NCBI GenBank assembly: GCA_038496445.1
Contig: JALMLS010000564.1
Location: forward strand, 248,001 to 312,000
Reading direction: 5' to 3'
Source: Trichosphaerium sp. ATCC 40318
Taxonomy: Eukaryota; Protista; Tubulinea
DNA: 64,000 nucleotides
Positions within the stretch are counted from its first letter, which is position 1. The number at the start of each line of letters is the position of its first letter. The translations under genes and the position numbers were made by a program. This document shows positions 1 to 14,200 of this stretch, piece by piece. Below the pieces are notes generated by a model. The model did no database searches. It saw only the letters and a program-made list of their open reading frames with translations, and was not told the origin of the DNA.

Positions 1-3000
1 GCGAACAAAAACACCCGCCCAATAAATCGCCTTGATATACTTGAGTATAACCCGCGAAACGGAGATAGAGATAAACTACCACGCAGCAAGTACGTCGACT
101 TGAAAGAAACTTTTATTTCATGTTTATTCACGTTTTTTTAGATCAGTTGAGCGTGTCCCAAGTCTCGTTCGAGCAAAGACACAATCTGAACTCGATGACG
201 TTCTACCTCCTAGTTATCCTCCTCCACCTACACCATCTCCACAAACTCCATCAAATCTATCCCCTCATAAACCTTCAAAAAAACGTGCAGCGCCAATGTC
301 TAGAGCTTTTTCTGTTGCTGTAATAAAATCACCTCGACAAGGAGCGAGATCAAACTCACCAAGGTTTAACAGACCAAAGAAACCCATTAGAAGACCGTCT
401 CCTCTTGGTAGACCTAAGCCAACACGTGCTCCATCTCCAGTACCTCAACCGAGCTCATTGACAAAGGCTACAGGCGCAACTGAACTACAAAGGTAAGTTA
501 GTACAAAAAATTGTGTTTAACCTTAACTTTCCTTGACAGGCCAGCAAGTGACCCAGCAATTAATGAAAAAGCTCAACCTAAATTCAGTAGACCAAAACCT
601 CCAACTCCAAAAGCTAAAAGAGGGTACGTTATAACTATTGTGGTGAAAGAATTGAAAATTTTTTTATTGCACTAAATTATTTTTTTACTGACAATTCATC
701 AAAACAGGCCGTTATCTAAGCTCAAGTTAAATACTCCAAACCGCTGTTCTTGTTTCCTGCCATTATATATGCAAGTTGGTGTTGAATCCTTCTTTACTGT
801 ACCTATAACAGAGGAGCAAAGTATTGAGGGTATGTTCTTATGCTCATAAGTTTTTTTGGTTTTTTTTGCACTAACCCTTGTTGCCTAGATGTAACTGTTG
901 AAGTGAAAGACAAAGGTGGTAAACTTCAAACTTACGAAGTACATTTCAGCTTTGATCTTTGTATTTTTAACACGTTGTAGGTAAAAGCTGGCCAGTCTAA
1001 GGCTTCAGTTAGAGTTGTATTTACGCCACCAAAAGAAGGATCATACTCTTTTAATATATCCGTATGTTCCCAGCTCATTGATGGATGTCCTTTCCAAATG
1101 AGCACAGATTCTGATAAAACAGAAGATATGCTTGTACAACTTGAAAGAGATCTAGCACGGTATGTAGACTCCTTACTTCAATACAATGAAGAACTCACTT
1201 AAATTTAAAGGTTGGAGCCAACTCCTGAACCTATACAGATTCAAAAGAAGCATAAAAGGATGAGTATGAGACCACTTCCATTCGCTGGTGAAGAAGGCAC
1301 GTGCAAAATTAGTTTGACCTTGGCTAACCTTTTTCTTGTATATAGATTCATCAAAGAGATCCTCTCAGAAGATTAAAAGTGGAGGAAATAATTCTGTAGC
1401 TATTACACCGCCTGTTATAAGGCGTGCTAAAGATGTTGCACCTCATACAGAAGTAATAACATCAAAGTATGTTAACACCTTGTTATCTGAAAGGCTAACA
1501 ATTTTATCTAGGCGTACTTCTCATTCACCTGAACGGCCTCTTATACTACCGTATGTAATTTTCTTGTTTAATTCAAGATACTGACTGCGATCTACATAGC
1601 CTACCAAAAGGAACTGAGTTATCTGACCATAAATCATGGGATATTGTTAGAGTTTGTCAGTGGTTACTTACTATTAATATGGAAAAATATATTCCTATTT
1701 TCCAACGTGAAGCAATCACTGGATCTAATCTATGTGATTTGAAAAATGATAAAGTATTACAGGAGGAACCATTCTCTATTGAGAAATGGGGTCACAGGAA
1801 CACTATCATTCATGCTATTCAAAATCTTGAAAAAAGTACGTATTTTATTTATTACAATACACTTGGTGTTGTTTTCTTACTGTTCCTTCAAGATTTAGCG
1901 CTTAAGGTATCTCCACCAAAGGTTGTTCCTTGCCCGGTTGTATCAAAAACACCCAAGAAGAAGGGTTTAGTAGGTCTATTGAGTACGTAGTGTAGTTTTG
2001 TTTGATGTTTGTTTTTATTGACAGGGGTTTTTCTAGCTAAGAAAAAGAAACGAAATGAGTGGGCCTCAAGTGAGACTAAGTTCTATGGTTGGCTCAAAAC
2101 ACCAAAAAAGCTTGGACCCAAGGCAACAGGAGGGCAGATGAAACGCTGGTGGGAGATTGACAGCGTCGGTACGATAATTGATCTCGATTATTGGTATTAT
2201 CTCAGTAACACCCTTTAGATCACATGTTAAAGTGGTGGCCTTCTCCATCAGCTGTACCTTATTCGCCTCAGGGCATGGGACAGTTTAGTCTTAAATCTGC
2301 AGGCGTGACAAGCTGCTTTGCACCAAAAAAGTTTGGGTTCAGGTGCGTCCACTTAAAACTTCTTTTTTGCAATGTTTGTTTCGCACTGTTTCTGGTTTCT
2401 TAACTTTTTGCTGCACTTAGAATCTTTTCTGTGTATAGTGGTCATGTTCTGTATTTAATGGCAAAATCTGAAGAAGAGAAACAAGAGTGGATAGCACATA
2501 TATTGAGGTCTATAGACTATCACTTGAATCTGAACGATTTACCATGGGCAGTAAGTATCTTTTGCGGTTTGATTTCACAAACTTTTTTTGACTTTCACTA
2601 ATTTCTATAGCCTTGTAATCCTCCTTGCAAGTTGTCTTTAGCTTTATCTGATGCATTTAAGAGCGATCCTAAGTTAGACACAATAGTATCCCTTCTAGAG
2701 AAGGTACTGCGGGCTATTTTTTTATTGTTTGATCAAAAACTTATTTACAACTTAGGGCGCTGATCCAAATACTATTTACGCACCTACTGGGAATAACGTA
2801 CTTGTAAGAGCAATACTAATGTGCTCCGATAGTGCTATCGTAGACGCAATAGTACAATGGGGTGGTTACGTGAACGTAGGCCTTAAAGATGGCACACCAA
2901 TTCTTGTTGCTGTGAGTCAATACTTCTTTATGGTTTTTGTTCAACTTTCTAACTTGCTCATGTTTTAGATTGCCCAAAAGCTATTAACAGAGAAAGAACT

Positions 3001-4191
3001 CTCCATAAGTACGACACGTACGTCGTATGAATGGTATTCTACCTTACAGAAAGTGATAAAACTCGGTGCTAACCTCAGTGGTACGTAGTTCTTCTCTTTA
3101 TTAATACTAATTCATAACAGCTACTGATTCTCATGGAAACGGTCTTGTATCATTTCTACCTTCTATTTCTCATAGGCTACGAAGTTACAAGGACATAGAT
3201 AGGTCTCTTTTAGAACTACTGCGTACTTTTATGAGGATTGGATGTAATTGGAGGACACCCTGTGCATTTTTAGGCAATTCTACACCGTATGAGCTGGTAC
3301 GTTTATTATTCCCTTTTATGTCTATTTAAGTGCTTAATTTTGTTGTAGGCTTGTAGATATAGTAATTTAGAGATGGTAAAGCTCTTTTTAGCTGATGGTG
3401 CTGATCCTTCAAAGGTACCAATCGACTGACAATGTTTTTACTGATTTTTTTCTTTCAGATTGAGGTATCACCTGCTTGTGAGTTTAGAAACAAAGCATTT
3501 ATAGATTATGCTGCTTTATTAAAAGTACCTATTAAACATCCTGAGAAAGTACTTGGCATGGCATACAATGTCGTACGTAAATATAAAAAACTTGGTTCAT
3601 TCGGGTTTTTTTACTAATTGTTTCTCACAGGACTTTTTATTACACGTGCTAGACAAGTTCAACTTGAAACCTCATGTAAACTCTGTATGCCCTAAAACGG
3701 GTAACACTTGTTTGCACTATGCTGCACGATATTCAAATGATGCTGAAACAGTTGGTCATCTTATGTTACTTGGTACGATCAACACTTTATTTCTAATTTT
3801 TGGTTTGTCTGTACTCATTTTTTCTTTTTCTTTTTTAGGTGCCAAACAAGTACGTAATAAAGCTGGACAAACACCTGAAGAATATGTATTAAAATCAGGT
3901 GATGATCATAATAATATACGAGAAAAAAACTTAAGTAAGTCAACAATGAAGAGAAACGTTCAAGTTGTAATTCAAAAACGTGCCCTTTTGTTTGTTTTTT
4001 TTTTTTGTTCTCTTTCTACTCCTTCTCCTCTAACTTTTTATCTTCTACTTAGAGCACTTCTTCAATTCACAGCCATTTAAGGCACCCGATATGTACGAGT
4101 CAGAGTAACTTTTTTTTTGTTGCTTTTTAAACTATTGGTACTTATGAGTTTTTTAGGAATGTTGGACGTATTGGAAAGTTCACCATTCTGA
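1..4191 (+). CDS. Multi-exon scaffold protein (5' end outside window): Pro-rich region, filamin-type Ig fold, SAM, PH and ankyrin repeats
   Basis: Spliced exons give VRVVFTPPKEGSYSFNISV...IDGCPF (filamin Ig), WDIVRVCQWLLTINMEKYIPIFQREAITG...KWGHRNTIIHAIQNL (SAM), FYGWLK...KRWW...LMAKSEEEKQEWIAHI (PH), and GNTCLHYAA / NKAGQTP (ankyrin). Stop TGA at about 4189-4191. Confidence 0.8.
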
Positions 4192-4297
4192 AATAAGTCT
4201 TTTTTTGTCACATGTAAATTGTACATTACCACCACTGTTTATTATAAAATCACATTTTCACTTCAGAAAGCTGCTATTCATTGGAATAATTTGTGTT

Positions 4298-5091
4298 TTA
4301 ATATTGGTTTGTTAGTGTTCCAAATCTATAATCGTAGCGCGCAAGTTGGACTTGTGCCTTTGGTTTAGCCTTTGGTTTAACCTTTGGCGCTGGCTTTGGT
4401 TGTCTGGCTGGCTGCGGCTTCGGAAGGAGGTTTGCCATTTCAGGGATCTGGTAAAAGGTGCATTCTTCTAAGAGTCTCTCTCTGTTGTTCTCCATACACA
4501 CCACTTTACCTGTACGGAAGAATTCTAGTATATCGTAGAACGCATCACCATTCCTGTCGATAAACAGTTCGCCAGACTCGTCAAGAGTTTCTTGTAGATT
4601 CCATCTATCACTGAGCAACACATCGAAATACGGTGACTTACCCTTCAGAGTGGTTTTAGTAGTAAAGTACTTTACGCCACCAACGTTTAAGGTAATCCTA
4701 CTGCTTGTAGTGTCTTTGTACTGTTTCATTGCCGCTTCAAGCCTTTCTACCTCCTGTTGGATGTCGGCAAGCTTCTTTCTGCTTTAGATATCTTTTCTTT
4801 CTGTTCTTTGTCGTATTCATCGTGAAGCCATTTTATTTCTTGGATTGTTTTTTCTAGTTTCTCGTTTCTCTCTTTAGCAGCTTTTTCATCTTGTTTTTTC
4901 GTTTTTTCGATCCTCTCCCCAAGTTTGGCATTATCGGCAGCTAATTTAGCCTCCTTGTTGTCTAGCTCCTCTTTTAGACGATTAATCTCCTCTTCTCTTT
5001 GATCCAAGGACTGTTCTCTTCTATCCAGTTCTTTTTGTTTATTGACGAGCTCGTCTATAATATTAATACGACCATTGAGTATATCTGCCAT
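4298..5091 (-). CDS. Intronless coiled-coil + BTB/POZ (KCTD/T1-type) protein, split by one frameshift at about 4777
   Basis: ITLNVGGVKYFTTKTTL...FIDRNGDAFYDILEFFRTG is a KCTD-type BTB. The upstream coiled-coil ORF (4747-5091) joins it in frame if one A is added to GCAGAAAGAAG, giving AEKKLADIQQEVERLEAAMKQY. Confidence 0.8.
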
Positions 5092-5404
5092 CTTAAATCG
5101 TGTAAGTCGTTGATAAACGAAAGCGATGTGCCAGTGATAAAAAAATGTTGTGGAACCAAGTCAATTCCATTTCAAACATTGCTTTCCTCTACAGTGGTTA
5201 TTTAGAGTTCTGTTTGTGAATGCATTTTTATAGGACATTTGGTTTGAGTAGTCGTAAACAAAAAACAGTATCCAGTTGAACCTGTTAATAATCCTCAAGT
5301 TTAAAGATTGACTTTCTTGGAAAGCATTCCACGTGGTAAAAATACTGTCAAGGTACCGAAGAATTTAAACCAATTATTGAATTATGACGTTGTGTGATTT
5401 ATTT

Positions 5405-6650
5405 CTAGAAAAATGTTCCACAAGGTAAATGTACATATTTATGTTGATTGCTGACATTTTCTTTCCAACAAGCTATCCACGTAACTTCTGGGTTGTGAAT
5501 AATAGATCCCCAAGCATGTCCAGGGACAGGGCAACGAGGTACTTTCGCTCCTTTGGATAAGTTCAAGGTTATTTGCTCTGGCATTATACGTTTCTTCCAC
5601 ATGCCAGCTTTAGGATGGCTTCCTGATATGAAACAAGTTAGAACGTTGAGGCTTTTTGGTCAGATATAGAACAAGATTTAGAGTTGCCGTATGTGTTCAT
5701 ACCACGTCCTAGAAAAAGACCAGGAGGATCTACCCTGAAGTGGCCGAGAGGCATACACTTTCCATCCAAGGTAGCGTATCCAAAATTTTTTTTCAATTCT
5801 TCCCTTTTACTTTTTTCAATATCCTTCTCAGCCTTTGTTCTATTTCTACGTATTTGCTTTTGTTCCTCAAGGTATGTACTGATTGCTGTGAAATCACACT
5901 TGTCAAATTCTTGAATAATATGCTAGAAAACACTTAACAAATCAAACATCAAACATGAGAAGGACGATAGCTGCAACAGCAAAGAAAAAGGCAAAAAAAA
6001 AACCAAACTTTACAACGGCACTCTGAAAAAAACAACGTACATCTTTTCCAAGAGTCTCTTTGAAGGCATTAAAAAAGTTTCTCTTGAATTGTTCCTTCGT
6101 GTAGTGATCAGTCTTTATGTAACGCGCAAAATGTGTCGCTACTTCTTCTTGCTCAGGATTTAGCTTTACTGGTTCGCCTACACGTGGTGTAAATCGAGGA
6201 TTCTTTCTCGGAAAAAAAGCCAAATACCGTCGTAGTGGACAGGAATGCCATGTGGCTCGTATGCGTCAGGGAATACGACTCCATTGTGTTCCAAGGTTGT
6301 CCATTTCCGCTTCGTTTCGTCCGCTAAGTGCGTTATTTAATATATAAATACCAACCAAGGACCCTCTAGCAGTGGTAGCTCCATGTAGTGGTTTTAACGA
6401 ACAAAAATCAAAGTTGGCTTTGTTGAACGTACTACCTTGCTCTAAGCTGACTTTTGCATCAAATTTAGCGACTTGATCATCTTTCGTAGTAGTGCGACCG
6501 TTTAACGCATTTGCCATCTTGTAGATCACGTAAGTTGGAGAAATGAAATACCTGCGAGTGCCGGCAGCGGATTTCAGTAACTACGGAATGTTTGGCGCCT
6601 TGTTTCAAGTTATATCGATCTGAACTCTTTTGATCATTATTGACTTTCAT
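5405..6650 (-). CDS. TOP1: DNA topoisomerase IB N-terminal DNA-binding domain only (truncated TOP1 paralog or pseudogene); start uncertain
   Basis: Spliced exons: [77 protein letters not shown]...KYV. A stop follows within about 20 codons in each splice option checked. No catalytic core before the next gene. Confidence 0.75.
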
Positions 6651-7221
6651 GTTCGAAGCAATGACGCATGTAGAACCTACCAAAATTGTTCATTAGAACG
6701 CTCTCCACTTCTAATTCTTTGGAGGTATCGTCTCTATCCACGTTTCTTAATCCAAGAATTTTCTAGAACAGACTCGACTTTATGAGAAAAACAAAACTTG
6801 AATGGACAAATTTTATTTTACTATGTAATGCATGTATACTTGTATTTGTTGGCTAGTAAACGACAACATCAAGGCTACGCTAGAGCCATTTGACGTTGAT
6901 GTCTTCCTCTAATATTGTCTATTTTGATGAATCGTCAAGTTACATACTTTGTTGATGGTAAACTGAATGATGAAGCAAAGCGGTGGTATGAAATATTGAA
7001 CTACTAGGTATGTACATGGCAAAAGATCCGGAACGTGGCAGGAAGCTGAAAGAGTTAAGATCTATTCCGTTTTGTGAGTTGAAACTCGGTTTTACGGTCA
7101 GGTGTTTTATCAACAGTGTACAACAGTAGCTGTTTCGAAAAATAGTAGACAAGTCATTTGGTCTGATCAATAAACACAAATGTACATTTTTATTTACAAT
7201 ACAAACTTTTGTTAATTACGT

Positions 7222-8237
7222 TCAAGCGTGTTCATGAAACCTTGCTCTTTCTATTATAACACCACGACGAAATCGTACTTTATACTTCCAACCATTTGCT
7301 TCTGTTAAAATACCTCTCCCATGACATTCATGTCGACTATGCTGTCCTTGGTATTTTCTTCCATCTTCACCCCAATGAAAAGTACCTTCACCACTCATTA
7401 CATCATTTGTCCATTGTCCACGGTACATATTACCATTACCCCATCTCATTATTCCAAACCCTAACAGCAAAGTAAGATAATCAGAAAAAATGAAGAAAAA
7501 AGGATTCAAACAAACTGTACCATGCTTTTTACCATTATCAAATTCTCCAACATATTTTCTCGCCTTTGAAAGAGTCAAAACACCGTGCCCATGTGGCTTA
7601 TTATTGTGCCACTCGCCCTCATACCTTCTACCTCTTTTGATCATAGTAGCAACACCCATACCTTCAAGTTTATTGTCTTTCCAAGACCCGTAATATCGAT
7701 TTCCGTTCGGATATGTAGAAATACCAAATCCATTTTTTTTGCCATCTTCAACACTTCCAGTGTATATCTTTCCGTTAGGGAAACTCAGAGTTCCTTGTCC
7801 GGCGATTTTATTATTGGTGTACTCTCCGACATAACGGGAACCATCAGGCCACGTCATACTACCACGTTTCATCTCTCCATCCTCCCAAGTACCCCGGTAC
7901 CTAAAACAAACTTTTAACTACAAGGCTTGTCAAAGACAATAAAAAAAAACTGAACGTCTAGCACGCTCTTTCTAAAAACGACTAAAAAAGAAACTTGTGA
8001 GTCAATTTGGCGTATTTACTTTGTCCCATCTGGCCATTTAAATGATCCTCTTCCACTATAATTACCATTTGCACATTGCCCAATGTATAGTTTACCGTCT
8101 GGCCATCGCATTCTGACTGAATCAGAAACAGGAGCGTTAACATTACCATGACACTTAACACCATCAGAAAAAGTAATTTGTGGTGATCCAAGAACTCTTA
8201 AATGATCCCATAGCTCTGTAAAAAACCCTTGTGACAT
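7222..8237 (-). CDS. MORN-repeat protein
   Basis: Repeated GxGxxxWPDGxxYxGxWxxGxxxG units across 3 exons. Confidence 0.9.
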
Positions 8238-8904
8238 TTTTGTTATTTGTGAAGAGCCTACGGTTTTAAATGCATTAGTACGATGCTGATACCGTTTAGA
8301 ATTATAAAACACGCACAAGGTGATGTTATTTTTGTATTGAATTCCACCTTTTGTTGTTAAGCAAGTCAAAAAAGTGTTCTATTTTTACACTATTAATTTG
8401 GCGCTTTTTTTGGTTTTCGGGTTGCCTTGAATCTTTATTTAATTCTTTAAAACAGTTTTTGACCAGTGTTATTTTCTTAAAAAGTATAGACATAACTCAC
8501 GCTCGTTCGTTTTACACCAACTCACGCCGAAAAAATAGGAAATAGGGTTTTTTACCAAAACTGCAATTATGAATAAACAAACATAAGTGACAAGCCAAAA
8601 GGTTTATTAATAGTGTTCTAGCTTCAACCCTACGCAGTAGCAACGAGGTTACTTGTTGAAGCTATTTTAGGTGATACCAATGCGGATTTTTATTCCAAAA
8701 GCCGTTCAAGTCAAATGCCTAAAGCTGTCTGACAAAAAATGCTTCCAGCACCACTGCCAGGCTTTTCGTTCACCAACAATGAAAGCAGCATTTTGACACT
8801 CGTTTTACGCTCGAACTATTAACTCCAAGGCAACTCGATGAACTTAAAAACATGACTTAAGTCGCTAACATTTACACGTGATTTTCGAACGAAAAACAAA
8901 GCTG

Positions 8905-11121
8905 ATGTTCCGTAAAGTCGCTCTTTTAAGTTTCATCATAACACTGATGTGGATGGGAAGCGTTTGCCAGATACGAAAACATTACAGGCCCTGTTTTATC
9001 TTTTTTCTGATTGTTTTTCCGTTTACGAGTCTCTACCTCTTGTACACCCAGCTGTTTACAGTAATATGGTATTACAAAGAATGCCACACAGTGCTAGGGT
9101 TTTCGGTTGGACGAAAACCGCCCAAGAAACGGTTAGTGTCACGTTTAATGGTAAAATGTATAAGGTAAGTTCGTAGTGGTTTTTCTTCTCCTCGAAAAGT
9201 TTTTCATTAATCGTTATCCAAAGGCAACTTCTGATGTCGACATGCAATGGAAAGTCGAATTACCACCTACACCTGCCTCATTTAACAGTACGTAGCCACA
9301 AAAGAGAACCTCACTGCCTTTGTTTACGCCGGTTTTTCTATTTACAAAAAAAATAGCTTACACGATCACTGTGGATAGCCAACAAAGTGGTAACGCTACA
9401 TTAACCAATATTCTATTTGGTGATGTATTTTGGTGCTCAGGACAGGTAAGTTCACATTTCTTTTAACGTTCAATGTTCAAGACTAACATCGACAAAATCA
9501 AAAGTCAAACATGGAATTCAGAGTACTGTACGAAGTAGACCTTTACCTTTCCAGGACCTAATTTGATCAACAGGCAAAACTTGGACAGCAAAGTCTACAT
9601 AAATCAAGCTAACGAATATCCAAATATCCGTATAACAAGGGCTAACCAAGCCTACAGCAATTCGGTACTACTTATGTTCTTTTTGTTTAAATGCTTGTTT
9701 CATTTATTATGGCCTCTTGCCCAGTTGTTGATTTTTATAGAGCGTTAAAGTGCCTAATATCGGTCAATCGTGGACACGTGCAGATAATACTTCGATAGGC
9801 TCTTTCAGTGCTGTTTGCTGGTTCTTCGGGTACGCAACAACATTTGTTACTTCAATCAACAAGAGTAATTTTAGACGCGATTACTATGATACATACAAAG
9901 TTCCTGTTGGATTGATTGAGAGTTCTTATGGTGGTACTATCATTGAGAGTTGGTCTAGCCCAGATGCTTTGAAAAACTGTCCTCACACGCCAAAGTAAGC
10001 ATTTTCTACTCGAAAGTATTAAACAAACTCAAACACCTTTAAAGGCCTAAGTACGACAGCACTTTATGGAATGCGATGGTTCAACCATTTTTAAATGTTC
10101 AATTACGTGCAATGTTATGGTATCAAGGAGAAAATAATTGTATTGCTCAAGAGACTGTACGTTGGTCTTCAAGTTTCTTAGAAACTTCTCACCTTTGGAT
10201 GTACACAGGCTTTTTATACTTGCGCTCAACCTGCAATGATTTCGGATTACCGAGAGAAGTGGGGTTACACTTCAGAACAACTACCATTTCTATACGTTCA
10301 GATAGTACCAGATGGTTGTCCTGGAAACCACAACACTGATCTAGGTATCACTTAACTTTTGTGAACCCAACATTCAATACGTCTTTAGGATATCCTGAGT
10401 TCGTCTCCGTATCTCAAATATCAGCATTAAAACTTGATAACGTTGCAATGGCAGTGACGCTAGACCTTGATATATTCGCTAACGGTACATCTCGTTTCAT
10501 AAGTACATAATGGTATCTAACAAATCATCCATTTAGGAACAAAAGTGCCTGGCGGTATTCACCCACAACTAAAGCCACCTGTATCAAAGCGCTTGCTCAC
10601 AAACTGGAAATACCTAGCTGACGGTAAAAAAGAACCACGTGGAACGTAAGACTTGTAAAAACTATACAAAAGGTTTTTATTAACATTGTATTCGTAGTGT
10701 AATAGGACCTACAATGACATCTATGAAAGTACTTTCTGAAGGACCTAACGCCCAAGTACAAATCGACTTTGATCCTGAAACTATTGGTGATGGTTTAACA
10801 ATTCATCCACGTGAATGTACACGTGTTCCACGGTATCAATGGACATGTACGAGAAAAGAACTTGCTCAACACAAAACTCACACTTTTACTTCTCTAGGTG
10901 CATGGGGAAACATAGAAGCTACAACATCTTTTAATGCCACTCTATCCCTTACTAGTGATAATAAATCTCTAATATTGTCAGCAGATATTGGTCAAAACAA
11001 GCTTACAGGCGCTTCATATGCATGGGGTTTATGGCCTTTACCTATTGTTTTTAATTCTTACGGATTACCAATGCAACCATTCAAGCAGAGTGTAACAAGT
11101 ATTGACCCTGTCTTAAACTGA
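8905..11121 (+). CDS. SIAE: Sialate O-acetylesterase (SGNH/SASA family), probably secreted or lysosomal
   Basis: YSNMVLQR, GDVFWCSGQ|SNME (catalytic Ser), FSAVCWFFG, PVGLIESSYGGTIIESWS, LWNAMVQP, LWYQGENN, GGIHP. Start codon approximate. Confidence 0.9.
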
Positions 11122-11217
11122 TTTCAAAAGCTTAAACTCACACCATCACAAATAATAAACAGTCTTTAAAAAACAAGCTTTCCTACTCCTTTTTACCACA
11201 AGATAAAAAAAAACAAA

Positions 11218-14200
11218 CTAACAACCTTCGTCCTTGTCGAAGATTTTATGTTGATAATACATTGTAGTACAGTATATGGTTTACAGTAGTAACTAGACCA
11301 CTTTCTGGTTGTATATCAACACTAGCTGGTTCTTCAGGAGGACGAAGTAGTGCCTCTCTAATAGCCACAACTGAATTTCTGATATTTATAATTTCTTGAG
11401 TATGTACATTAGGAATAGACCCTGTCCAATTAACCAACCTAATTAACGGTTTAGTATTACAGACTCTCAATAGAAAATTTGTGTAGTTATCATGTACTAA
11501 CCATTCTAGTCCTTCAGGTAGGACATTAACAAGCATAGCACCTGATCTATGTACATAACCTCCTGGCATTTGACGTGATAAAAAATTTGCTTCAAGAAGT
11601 AAGTTATGTACTGTTTCTCTCTTTTTAGGAGTCAAAGATGTTTCTCCTTCTTCGAGAAGATCAACAAAATATGTTGCTCTGAATGGATGGTACATCTAGG
11701 TATTATCTTTAGGAACTTGAAGTATAAAGTAAAGAAGTTGTCAACATTGACTTACATTCATGTCAACAGGAATTTGAATCAATTCAAACCCTTTACGTTT
11801 AGCTACAACATCCAACCGATGTAAGAAATCTTTAACAACACAACCAGTGCATATCATCCACTAACTCTCAATGAGAACAAAAAACAAACCGAATAAAGAA
11901 AAAAGGAAGAAAAATGTTGTTGAAGTTTTTTTTACAAAACTGGTTTGTACCTGTACTTGTAGCTCATAAACTACACTTGGATGAAACGTCGTAGCATATT
12001 TTATATGTAGCCACTCATAGCGATCCGTATCAGTTGATTGCTTAAAGTCTACTCGAGCAATCTACAAAGTTTAGTATCAAATAAAACGCAAAAAGAGCTT
12101 AGCATACAGCTGTTGCTCCCCTCTGTCCGGCATCTCTGTGGATATCTTCGCTACTCTGAGATCTATGCCACATCTTTGAAGGCTCTTTCTTGAGGCTAGT
12201 AGCATGGTTCTTTATGCTAAAGGTTGCGCTCTACATAATACGTTAAGCTTTTGAAAAAAAAAGCTGAAGTCTGAGGCTTACTCTATTCAAGTATTGTTTT
12301 GCCATATCTCCAGCACGAAGTGTATTACGAAAATAATATTCTCCGTCATCAAGAACAACGTCAGATGTATTAATACCAGAAATATAACCTTCGTCCAAAA
12401 GTTGATTTGCAACATGACTAGCATTCACTCTTGAATTAAGACTCTAAACAAGGGATTAAGGTAAGCAAAGATTTTAAGTAGGTCTTCGTACAGAATGCTC
12501 GTTCTCTAACAACCAGTCTATGCACGCTTTCCCCGTGAAAACAGCCTTCTTATGAGCCATATGAAGGACAACGCCTTTTTCTGCATCAGCCATAACTTGA
12601 ACAATGTTCCTGAGCTATTTGTTCGAAAACAGTTAGTCTTAAAAAAGAACAGAATTTCTCCGTCAATAGTACCTCATCACTTCCTAGTCCAGGGTGTAAC
12701 TTATTGTTGTGTGCTTGGTAATAAATTAATTGGTTCAGGAGATTATCATATCTTGTAATGGTTACCTATATCAACATTTATGACACCTAAACTCTTTTCT
12801 GGTGGATGTTTTGTAACCCTCTTTTGTAGGTACTCAATAACCTCTAGAAAATTCTTTATAATTTTATCAACAGGTGTGCTAATATCTAAAGGAACAAGCA
12901 TAAGCTGAACCCTCCAATACTTTAAAGACTCTGTAAAGTTAGATATATAACCAGCAACAACTTGGTCAGCTGTATTCCATCTATACTGAGAACGTGACCT
13001 TGTCAAGTCATAATGAAGTGAAACATATTGCTCAGATCGTTGTGCTATTAATAAACGAGTAAATCACGTGACCAAAGAAAAAAAAGAAAAAGGAGATCCA
13101 GCCGTACCTGTTGTATAACGACGTGCGAGAGCGTATGTGTAAGGATGTTGAATAACATTAGAACCTTGTTTTTGTTTGTGTAAGTAATGCTTTGCTATAA
13201 TATTATGCTTCTGATGTGGGTCTCTAGATATACAATGAAGGGAGTGACCATACACCAACCAAGTTTTAGTTGCATCTGTTACTCTTTCCCTAATCACAAA
13301 AAGTTATACAACAGTACACCACGCTAAATAAATGATATATGAGGTTCATACGGTACTATTATTTGATAGGTTTGAGCAAGACGTTGAGATATTAGTTCTT
13401 TTTTAAGCTCGTTTATAGATCCTTTGAATAATATTTCAGCTCGTGTCTCATCCAAAGTTATAGTATATGGATACTCAGCGTAATTGTTTAATCTGAAAGA
13501 ATGAAGGGTCCAAAAAAAACTCACAAAAACAAAATTAGAAGACATTTCTGCTTGTAATGTCGAAAGGATACAACTCTTTTTGTGATGGGAACCAGTTCGT
13601 CGTGATTGGTAATGCAGCTGGTTGCGTTAAAGACTTCCAATGCGGTCCATTGGGGTTTGTTTCAACTACTGCATACGGAACTAGGCAACAGTTAGTGATC
13701 TCGTTGTGTGGAATCCTTACTTGGTGAATTGTTTGGAAATAAATGAATCCATCGCCTTCTGCTCACGCTTTCTTTGTTATACCATTCATCTGGGTAAGGT
13801 GGTTGGAAGGGATTGAATGTGAACTTTGTTAAGCCTTCTTGAGGAGACCTTGATTCCGCTTTTGAAGAGCGGCTCTGAGCCTACAAACATTGTTGGTTTT
13901 GCCTCATTTTGTGCAATTCAGTACTCACACTTCCAAGAAACTGGTTGTTAGAGGCCACAGGAGAAAATGAGAAATTTTGCATATTTGGAGAGCGATGTGA
14001 GGGCGACACTAGACAGGAAAAGCAGTGAGATGAAATTGTACAAAACAAAAAAAATATGAAAGCAGATTTTTTTTTTCACGCACGTGAAATGCCTTGTGAC
14101 CTTGCTGAAGACGAGTACATCTTATACTGTAAAGCCCTTGTTCGTCGCTTATCCATCTTTTGATGTTGCTTTATTTGAAACACCTTTATTCACGTCAAAC

